A program made the position numbers and the translations under genes. From Octopus sinensis (Eukaryota): a stretch of 64,000 bases of DNA. Shown one piece after another: positions 54,039 through 64,000 of the stretch. Every line of letters starts with the position of its first letter. Position 1 is the stretch's first letter. The notes under the pieces are model-generated. The model did no database searches and was not told the DNA's origin. It was given only the letters and a program-made list of their open reading frames with translations. The stretch spans positions 106,392,001 through 106,456,000 of the forward strand of contig NC_043005.1 in NCBI RefSeq assembly GCF_006345805.1, in the 5' to 3' direction.

Positions 54039-54648
54039 GAAAAAAGGAAATCCGTTGGAAAAACAAAAACAGAACAGAGGCAGAGCAAAAAACAAATCGA
54101 ACTGTGCTCCTAAGAGCCCATGGCGAAACTGTTTATCAGTGTATGTTGAGGACCGGTGGCTGAAGAATTCAACAGGTCAGGCATCGGTCAAACATGTGGG
54201 TTAGGGTGTATAGATGTTCTTTGTGACCGAGAATAAAGTTCTGACTATTTAAAGAATATTGGATGTTTTATAAGGGGCGAGAAAAAATCTACTTAGAGAC
54301 GTGTGTGTGTGTATACTGTTCTATATATGTGTGTGTTGGCGTAGGGGTAGAAAACATTTTTGTGTACGTTGTGTGCGTTTGATCGTTCGGCTGTCAGTGG
54401 CTACTGCCGTGATAACCGTTGGGTGGCAGAAAGAAAAAAATAAAGAAATTATATATATATATTTTATGTTTTATGTGTGTGTGTGTGTGTTCATCTAAGC
54501 CTACCTTGACAAGGAAACCCCGCTGTGAAAAAACAAGCCCCGTTTGTCTTACAGGAGTAATTCCCTTGCAGTGGTTAATGTAGATATCTTAAAATCTATT
54601 TCAGAATTTGTTACCAAGGGCTATGGGTGCCGGTCTTATTTATAAACG

Positions 54649-55023
54649 CTATTTAAAGGCCAGATAAGTGTAACGCCGCCAATGGGGGCATCGAAAAGCC
54701 GACTGAAGAGCCCGTTTACCATCCGGCCTCTGGCAAACAAAATATGGAAGAGTTCGGAGACACAAAGGTTGCACTGTCTTCTGCCCCTATCAAATGGGAG
54801 GGCCACCGACAAAATTGACCATTCAGCTATAGCTTAAGTTCGCATCCTTCAGTCGCCATATTAGCTTACTGAGTCCCGTGGTCTGGCGCTTGTTCACGTC
54901 CCGAAAAGTTGCGTAATGGTTGGAGACACGCAAAGACAATCTTGAGGACGATGCCCCTATATAAGTGAAGGCATCTGAGTCCGTGTAAACCTTGCATTGG
55001 TAGACGGCGTTTTTGATCTGGAG
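54649..55023 (-). pseudogene. PLE GIY-YIG endonuclease domain (frameshifted)
   Basis: KNAVYQCKVYTDSDAFTYIGASSSRLSLRVSNHYATF...TGLSKLIWRLK...WSIL...CNLCVSE...CPHWRRY-stop. Confidence 0.85.
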
Positions 55024-55439
55024 TTCGCCGACGTGAATCTTACTCTGCTAGGATTGGTTTCTGAAATTAGAACTGCGTTCCTGTCACTATATTCGTTCCG
55101 AGACCTGCAGCCGCTTACTGCTCTATTTTCCACTACGTCACTATTAACTATAGGAATAACCCCTGATTCTCCACTATCTATCAGAGTGCTGTCATTGCTA
55201 CTGCCCGTGGTACTGCTATTGCGGGAAATGATGCTGGGGATGCTAAAGGGGCTCTCTACCCTGCTCCCATTGTTACCATCAACCAACACCCCTATTTATA
55301 ACTATACCCCTAGTGGGTACTCCCTGGCTGGAGCTGAGATTATGTGTCACTGTACTGGCTCTCATATCATTATTACTACTATAATTATTCCTACTGAGCA
55401 TTAAGCCGGGAGCGGAAGAGGCTGTGCCTCCGGAAAAAG

Positions 55440-56050
55440 GTGATAGGGTCTTAGTAAGTAGCCTATTATTATGGGAGGCGATTATCTGGGCGAGGTTTTT
55501 AGTGTTGGAGAAAGCTATCCTAACTTTATGTGAGTTAACCGTGGAGTAATATTTGGAATTTCTGGGGAAGTTATTGGCGATGGCTGTCTAAACATGAGGG
55601 GGAGGTTAGTTCTAATCTGCTTACCAAAGGGGATTACAAACCATATATGCTTTCCTATCAGTGTGATGGGTCGGGACGCCAGCTCTCGCATTTGGGTGGG
55701 TTATTCTCGGATGAATAACGGGTCTTGGGTTAGTGTAAGACCTCCCGGACCGATAATTATCCTTGTTCGCTAAATTAAATGCGGGAGCGACTACCCCGGT
55801 ATCCGCCGCGCTCCCGTCCTTACTTAAAATGTTAATGTATTATATACGGCCCTATCCTGATGACCGAATGATGGCATCGGAAGGGCCGGATCATATAAAT
55901 ACCTTCTGCCTATAACCGGCCTTGGATAGTGCGGCGTTATAAAAATCCGCTTTCTGCATAAAAATATCGGCACTGGCGGACAGGCCAGACAATCTTAGAG
56001 AGATGTTTTTAACCAAATTGTCTGTTACGGTTTTGGCATGATTTGAGAAG
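55440..56050 (-). pseudogene. PLE reverse transcriptase thumb region (frameshifted)
   Basis: SNHAKTVTDNLVKNISLRLSGLSASADIF...YNAALSKAG and IWFVIPFGKQIRTN...FPRNSKYYSTVNSHKVRIAFSNTKNLAQIIASHNNRLL parallel the SNHP..RLS..S..F / IIWFNPP / N..K.SYS..N...I..HN consensus. Confidence 0.82.
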
Positions 56051-56213
56051 TATATATATATATATATATACTCAGTATATTATATATATACGTGCGTGTG
56101 TGTGTTATTTATGTGCACATGTGCGTCTGTTGTGTATACGTATGTATTTATACGCATGTATGTATATACATAGCATATAGTGTAAATATATATTATGTAT
56201 ATCTATCTATCTA

Positions 56214-56244
<31 letters not shown>

Positions 56245-57742
56245 GGAGAGAGAGAGAGAAAGAGAGAGAGAGAGGGAGGGAGAGAGATGTGTACACATAT
56301 ATGAATAAATATATGCTTATACACACATACATACATAAATATTTATACACACACACACGCCCACCTCACATATATATCTTTGTTCTGCTTCTCCGTAGTA
56401 CAACACATAAAAATGCACACTACTTCTTGCACGTGCTAGAAATGTGTTGAGTCTAACTTAATTGTCTGATATTTCTATGTGTATGCCTACCTATATATAT
56501 ACCGTAAGAAATCAAAAGAAATAATATTTACAAACGCATGACCCAAATACTGACGCAAATATAGAAACATACACACTTATATATGTTATCTCACACATAT
56601 ATACACATATAGTTATTTTCAGTAATTTGCTGTCTGTTGTGTTTTAAATTTAATCCTGATACAATACTTTTCTGAATATCATTTATTATACATCCAGCTG
56701 TTATTTTTTCTCTGCCGCTTTTCTTGCTAAATCCACTATTCTTCTTGAGAAAGAGAGATTATAGAAAGGTTGTTAGATGCTTTGGAATTATTTTTTGAAA
56801 ATGTCAAGATAATTAAAGCAAACTAAAATATCAAATATTTTATAATTAAAGACATCCTCCTACCTCTTAAAATAACAAATCGTTCAAAAATTTTTTTGTA
56901 AATTCGTAATGATTTTTCAAATGCTACTTCGGTATAAGAGAACCTAATTAGAGACAAAGTCAGCTGGACGTTTTTCCAACAATTTTTAAAACGTGTAACA
57001 ATTATTTCCATCTGATAATTATTGAAATATTTCCACAGAAATAAGGAAAAACTTTAAGATATTGTGTTGTTCGGAATAATTGTCATACAACATACAATTT
57101 AGTATGTTTGTTGGTTCTAGTTTGATTTTCACTGCAGAATTGATAAAATATCATTACAGGCTTCACACCATTGTGCTTAACGGCATGAAGATAATCATGG
57201 CTGGATAGTTAACCCGTAAGCTTCACAACAATGTCTTCAGCTCAACTTTCTTGAACTGTTCCTTAAACAAGTGTCTTCCAATAACCAAAAACCTGCTGAG
57301 TGAAAGTTGGTACATGGAAACTGTGTGGAAGCTTGTCTTTGAATGGTAGGATTAATCAGTAATTAAGTTTAACACCAACACTTGTACCTTGCTTGTTTGT
57401 AATGAGACCCACTCTGTTGCAAGTTTTCGGACCAAGTCTCCGATAGGAAAAATCTTTCACAATCTTGAAACCTTGTCATGGACGCTGCCGTTTCAGTTCT
57501 GACTAAGGATTGAAAATAGGAAAAAAAAAAATATTCTAAACGCCCATCTTATTTTTTAAATCTTGAAGTAGATCGAGATAAGAAGACTCTACGTGGACAC
57601 TAAAACTGTCAGAAACAGCAAGTAAATCTTCCTTAATACCATCTTTAAAAGAAAGCGTCATACTGGCTAATGGAGTTCTGGATATGCACGAGAGATGAAC
57701 ATTGAATAAAATGTCTCCCTTACACCCAAGTCAGAAAGAAAT

Positions 57743-58030
57743 ATCTGTAATTGGATGGAGCTATGGTTGGTTAGGCTATAGAATGTCTGAAATAAGATGG
57801 AATTATGGTTTACCTATTGGTCGTCTGCAATAGGGTAGAAACTGTGGTCGTCTTATATATTATCTGCTATAAGATGGAACTACGTTTCTTCTAAAGGGTA
57901 TCTATAATATGATGTAACTACGACAGATTGTCCTATAGAAAATTTATTCTAAGATGAAACCATGATCGGCTTAGATTATCTGCAGTAGAATGGAACTATG
58001 GTTAGCCTATAGGTTATCTGCTGTTGGGAC
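57743..58030. repeat. degenerate ~37-bp minisatellite, ~8 units
   Basis: Recurrent unit resembling TTATCTGCAATAAGATGGAACTATGGTTAGCCTATAG. Confidence 0.7.
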
Positions 58031-59174
58031 AAATAATGGTTGGCCTGGGATAAAGCAATTAGCGTTCATATAATTAGATGGCTTCAAACGATTTTGACCT
58101 CTTATATTGACAAAACCTGGTCTTGTGTGTTCACCGACATAAAGTCAGTAGTTAACTATGTTGGAATCCACCCACACGAAGTTATATCTGCTTCTTCTAT
58201 ACACACAAATTTCCGTTTCAAAATATTCGTATTGAATTAAAATGGCCCATTATGATTTTATGCAAAGACTTCTTAGAAAGTTACAAATCAAATTGCAAAT
58301 TGATAATGAAAAGGTTAGTTAATTTATTCAATTTCTTTAAACTTTTTATTATCATCAAAATTAAATGAAATGCATTGACAGTATATGCCATTGAAAATAT
58401 GGTAACAAAAGGGTTACAATAGAGATAGAAATTTACAACGATAATAAAAAAAAAAACATGTTTTATAAGGCTATGATTCAGACATACAACATGCAGCCTC
58501 ACAGCCTACAATCCAGATAGACTTCGATGAATATGAAGTTTAATGTATCAACGGGGAAAACAGTTGACAATTTAATGACCTGAACTAGTCACAGCCGTAT
58601 GTCCATGAGTTCAATCCATTTTATAGCCAATAAAGTACTCAGTATGACGAAAGTAATGGTTGTTGAGTTCGCAAAAAAACGTTCTCTCCTCATGTTATGA
58701 CGATACTTTTAATGTAATACAATTAATGTTGAAAAGAACCACCAATTTGAGGGTACTTAGTAATGTAATTAGTTTTGGAATAATTAAACTAGTGTTCAGA
58801 ATTTATTATATATAAAAAATAAAACGGTTCTTGCACACACATGCACACATTCACACGCAAAACACACACAAACACATTTGTGAATGAGTGTAGTTTATGC
58901 TTAACATCCAGAGACATGCACAAGTCCATATACATGCTGAAAAAACTGATAAGGAAATCAAATCTGATTAAAATAAAGTGTTTGTGTGTGTGTGTGTGTA
59001 TGTGTGTCTGTGTATTTGTGTATGCGTGAGTATGTGTATGTACCATGTGTCTGCTGTGAAAGAGGGAGAGAGGAGGAGGTATTAAATCTAACCCGTTTAT
59101 ATAGCTACTTGCATATACACGTATGTATGTATGTATGTGTGTGTATATACATACACACACACACACACACACAC

Positions 59175-59230
<56 letters not shown>

Positions 59231-59901
59231 TAGACACACACTCTATGTATGTATGAATGTAATGTAGAAACAAACATAATTCTAACTTCTAAGGTGTATA
59301 CGTAAAGGCCATAATGTGTGTAATACGTTCCTCTGACAGTTTTCAGTTCACGAGAGGTAATAATACGCTACTTTGCCTAAACACTTAAGCCAATCAACAA
59401 ACAATCACAAATGTAGTAAAGATTTAATAAATAACTTTCCTCAACGTTGCAAGTTGGTTCTGGTAATTTTCGACACTTTTATTTATTTATATTTGTTTTT
59501 GTTTTTGTTGTTGTCGTTGTTGTTATTGTTGTTGTTAATATCCTTTAGATGTTTGTTAAGAGACCTAATATTAAAGGAAAGTGTTTAAATTCCACGACAG
59601 GCAACAGAAAGAACGGAATTAATATTAACCAATCAAGAAGCAATCTAAGAGACTTATTAACGAAGGATTTTGAATGGCGATGTTGTCGACGGCGTTGGTG
59701 CTGATGAGGGACAGTATAACAATAATGTATCTTCAATGAAAATAAAATAAATGGGGAGGTATATTAATTATAAGTACTTCGTAAGTAGACATCAGTGGAA
59801 ACTGTGGACGTGTATTTGTGCGTATGTATAGGTGTGCGAGCGTGTCTGTAAATATGTATGTGGATACACACACGATATAAAGTTTTTATATACATGCACA
59901 C

Positions 59902-59952
<51 letters not shown>

Positions 59953-61129
59953 ATATGTACGCATAAATACTCACACACATATGTATATATATATATGTGT
60001 GTGGTGTGTGTGTGTTTGCTAGAGCTAATATAATTTGTTACAACAATTTCTAACTAGCTGTAATCAACTGAGGCCTGAAACAAGGACCTTTGCTTATAAT
60101 AGCTTCATCACCACCATCGCTCCATCACCTTCACCGTGAGGTCAGATAGCAGTCTCACTTTGTTGACTTCTTTCACCAAAGAGTTACTTTGATCAACTCA
60201 CATACAACAAATATGGATTCTCTGATTGACATTCATGTTGATAAGTTGATAGAAGTTTTGTCACAATTTGCTAGAACTGCAAAACTACGTTGACAAACAA
60301 CATAGGCTTTGAGTTTTAATTCCATCTATTCTTACCCCTTAATCAAGGTTTCGTTTTGTTCTTTGGTTATATTAACTGACCGCTGGGCATCAAAAGAAAT
60401 TTATGGCCCATTTTTATGTTACTAATTACTCTTTCTTTCATGCACACTCATTCCTCTCCCTCATACAACACAAGCACCCTCCTACTTATATGATAAATGC
60501 TGATACAGCGATCCCCTCGGCACCTCAGTTTTTCAACACATCGGCCCATCGGTCCATCGGTACCTGATCATAATTCCCATCAGCGTCACCACACACCACC
60601 TCAGCATACCATCAGACCCAAACCACCACCACCACAATCATTTCCACTGTCTCCATTATCACTACCTCATTAACACAACTATCGCCCACACTGCTGCCAT
60701 GAACAGCTCTACTGCACACCATTAGCTGCTACATAAACCACCAGGTACATCACCACCTCCATCACCACAGGCGTTGATTTATCCTCCTCTTACCACTACC
60801 CCTTCTTACATCTTTACTTATTACACTCCCACTATCACAACCGCAACCACATCACATTCTCATACTATCAACCGTCGTGGTGGCCACATTTACGTCAATA
60901 TAAACCACAAATATTACGACCACGACGACAACTTTCTCACAACAACCGTAACTGACACCACGACTAACACCCATACAAAACTATCACCTCTTCTACCACC
61001 GCCGTCACAAAAACTTCTTTCATCACCATCATCACCATCATCACCAGCACCAGCACCACCACCACCACCACGACTGTAGGTATTACCGCTACCACCGCTG
61101 CCACCACAACCACTTTCCCTACCAACACC

Positions 61130-61207
61130 ATCAATATGATCAGTCGCTACCACTGTCATCATCAACATCACTACGATCACCGCCATCACGACCAGCATCA
61201 TCATTAC

Positions 61208-61239
<32 letters not shown>

Positions 61240-61280
61240 CCATCAACATCATCATCATCATCATCACCACCACCACCACC

Positions 61281-61314
<34 letters not shown>

Positions 61315-61552
61315 TCATCACCACCAACCACAAAACCATCACTATCACAACCAGTAATGCAAAGAACACCCACCCTATTGTCCATAATTATCATTCCAAC
61401 TAGAAAGTATCCTCCTCCTCTTCCTCCTCTTCCTCCTCTTCCTCCTCTTACTACTATTACTACCACCACCACCACCACCACCATTCTCAACCACCCCCAC
61501 AACCACAACTACCACCACTACCACCACCACCACCACCACCACCACCACCACC

Positions 61553-61604
<52 letters not shown>

Positions 61605-62610
61605 TGACAGCGACCATCATTACTACAGCTACCACCACAACTACCACCAATTTTACCAACTCCACAACAATGACATCATCATCAACAACAACAACAACCA
61701 ATAACTTCCTCTGGAGCTAATTATGAAAATTCTGCGTCCTCACCTGAATCTGTTCGCATTTTTAATGAAGACGATGATGATGATGATGAGGATGATGACT
61801 GAGGTTGTTGTGATGACAATGGGAATGATGGTGGTGATGATGATGATGATGAGGGTGGTGGTGGTGGTGGTGATGATGGCTATGATGATGGTGTTAGTGG
61901 TACAAAAGGAAATTGTGGTAACGGTGTCGACGAAGGTGGTGATGATGATGATGAGGGTGGTGGCGGTGGTGGTGTGTGTGATGGTGGTGGTGGTGATGAT
62001 GATGATGGTGATGATGAGGGTGGTGGTGGTGGTGGTGATGATGATGATGGTGATGATGAGGGTGGTAGGGGTGGTGGTGGTGGTGGTGGTAGTGAGGGAG
62101 GTGGTGGCCATAATGATGAGGGTAGTGGTGGTGGTGGTGATGATGATGATGATGATGGTGATGATGAGGGTGGTGGTGGTGATGATGATGATGATGATGG
62201 TAGTGGTAGTGGTGGTGGTGGTCATGATGATGAGGAGGGAGTGGTGGGAATGATGATGATGGTGGTGGTGGTGATGATGGTACCGTTGATCATGATGATG
62301 GTTATGATGATGGGGTTTGTGGTAGTGGTTCAGGAAATTTTGTTAATATCACGGGTCGTGTTGTTGTTGGTGGTAGCGATGGTGATGGTGTTGTTGTTGG
62401 TGGTGGTAGAGGTTATGATGATGATGATGATGGCGGTGGTGTTAGTTGTAGTTATAGCGTTGTTGTTGGTGGTGGTGTTCCTGGTCGTGGCTGTAAGTGG
62501 TGGTGGTGGTAGTGGTGGTGGTGGTAGTAATGGCGGTGGTCGTGGCGGTAGTGATGATGTTAATGATGATGATGATGCTGCTGCTGCTGATGATGATGAT
62601 GTCGACGACA
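61130..62610. repeat. (CAT/CAC/CTA)n tract followed by a (GAT/GGT)n tract
   Basis: Directly visible. Explains the poly-H/M/V/D/G ORFs. Confidence 0.9.
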
Positions 62611-62969
62611 CTGATGGTGTTTATGCTGTTTAACCCCTAACTAAACTTGATTATGCAAACTTAAGATCAAAGCCATTCCAGCCGTGACCATCATGTTTCA
62701 TACAAAAGTGCACCCAGGACTACATGTAATTTGAAAGAGATACGCTGGTCATATCAGGTAGGGAATTTGGGGTTCATGTTTCGATAATCAGCTACATCCA
62801 TTTCATCTTGATTATGTCATTCATGCTTTCAGAGTAAAGCATGCCCATCACAACATCACAGCTCTTTCTCTTTCTCTGTCTGTCTGTCTTTCCCTCTCTC
62901 CCACAACATAAGTTTTTGTAATTGATACATTTCGCAACTAAGATGAACTTGAGTACACAGTTGTTGTCG

Positions 62970-63003
<34 letters not shown>

Positions 63004-63006
63004 CGG

Positions 63007-63305
63007 CGAAGGCGCGTGGCTCAGCGGTTAGGGTATTCGGCTCACAATCGTGAAGTCTCAAGTTCGACTCCCGCTTTTATTTCACGTTGCTCCAGTCCAC
63101 TCAGCCGGCATAAATAAGGATTGCCTGTATTTGAAAGGGCCGGCCTTGTCACTTACTGTCTCACGCTGAATCTCCCTTAGACCTATTATTAAGGGTACAC
63201 GTGTCTGTGGTGTGGTCACCCAACTTGCACGTTGATTTCCCTGGTAGGTTGTTCCCTTGATCGGATCATCTGGGACCCCCGTCGTTGTAAGCGACAGAGT
63301 GTCAG
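63007..63305 (+). mobile_element. tRNA-type SINE, family D
   Basis: tRNA-like head GAAGGCGCGTGGCTCAGCGGTTAGGG...AGTTCGACTCCC, with a homolog at 5645-5782. Confidence 0.7.
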
Positions 63306-63745
63306 TGCCAGTTGTTTTCGGGATTCCGCCCCCTTGACACCCAGGTCACATTCCCAGTGCCGCTAGCCCTACAAAACATCACAAGCTTAGACCTCTTCCT
63401 GAAGCAAATTCAAAGCAACTGAATATTATGATTTTATGTAACAATGTATTTTATATTTCTCGGACACAGCCGTTTGATTACCTAAAATGGCCATAGAATT
63501 TGAACCCGGTTCATCTGACTCTGTGCTTTTAAATTATAATAAAGTGTAATTAGAATATTAAATGGAAATTAAAAATGAGTGAATTCAATATTAATCAGGT
63601 GAATGTATTGGTTCATTTGTTTAGATATGTTGACTCTTCTTTTGTTTGAGTATGTGGACTTGTGCTGGATTAATAATAGTGTATACTTGTATTTTACTCA
63701 ATAAGTATAAATTAAGGTGTGTATATTGTTTTTAAGGGCTGATAG

Positions 63746-64000
63746 TGGAGGCACATGGCCTAGTGGTTAGAGCAGCGGACTCGCGGTCGAGGGATCGCGG
63801 GTTCGAATCTCAGACCGGGTGATGTGTGTGTTTATGAGCGAAACACATAAGCACCATGCAGCTCCAGCAGAAGGCAATGGCAGGCGTCTGCTGACTCTTT
63901 CACCACAACTTTCTCTCACTTTTTCCTCTTGCATCTAGCAGCTCACCTGCGACGGATCGGCGTCCCATCCAGGTGGGTAACCCATACGTCAAGGAAACCG
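63746..64000 (+). mobile_element. SINE family C (runs off the window)
   Basis: Homologous to 5095-5407, including CTGCGA.GGA..GGCGTCCC.TCCAG and GAAACCG. Confidence 0.85.

Larger units (their letters stand above)
53742..56050 (-). mobile_element. 5'-truncated Penelope-like retroelement (Nematis-type signature, tentative)
   Basis: Bounded by (TA)n at both ends. Contains RT thumb, GIY-YIG endonuclease and a 3' hammerhead. Confidence 0.88.

Noticed and set aside
54997-55404. 135-aa Leu-rich, membrane-like ORF on the + strand
   Set aside because: It is the antisense shadow of the PLE linker region.
55845-55892. CTGATGA followed by a CCGA/TCGG hairpin
   Set aside because: It lacks GAAAN and lies antisense within PLE coding sequence.
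57743-58030. ~37-bp repeats as a CRISPR-like array (also 10868-11020)
   Set aside because: The units are degenerate and contiguous with no unique spacers, the context is eukaryotic, and there are no cas genes.

Overview
AT-rich, microsatellite-saturated animal DNA with no host protein-coding gene that I can recognise. The SINE families resemble those of octopus/coleoid cephalopods; that assignment is my inference from repeat recognition. Almost all ORFs in the track are microsatellite artefacts. The real content is mobile DNA: about 25 tRNA-type SINE copies in four or five families (several with target-site duplications, TSDs), at least four non-autonomous Helitrons sharing a 3' hairpin and CTAG end, three mariner transposase relics, a pogo/Tc1-type MITE and a hAT-type MITE with an 8-bp TSD. 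Retroelement relics include a decayed Gypsy element, fragments of R4/Dong, RTE and L2/CR1-group LINEs, and a 2.3-kb 5'-truncated Penelope-like element (PLE) with RT thumb and GIY-YIG domains. The most interesting hidden signal is six clear and two degenerate minimal hammerhead ribozyme motifs (C[U/C]GANGA-stem II-GAAAC, mostly with a palindromic stem III). Most sit near the 3' end of a segment abutting a (TA)n tract. They include two convergent pairs, one motif with a long stem-II insert, and three with a CCGANGA core variant. Coordinates of degenerate repeats are approximate.
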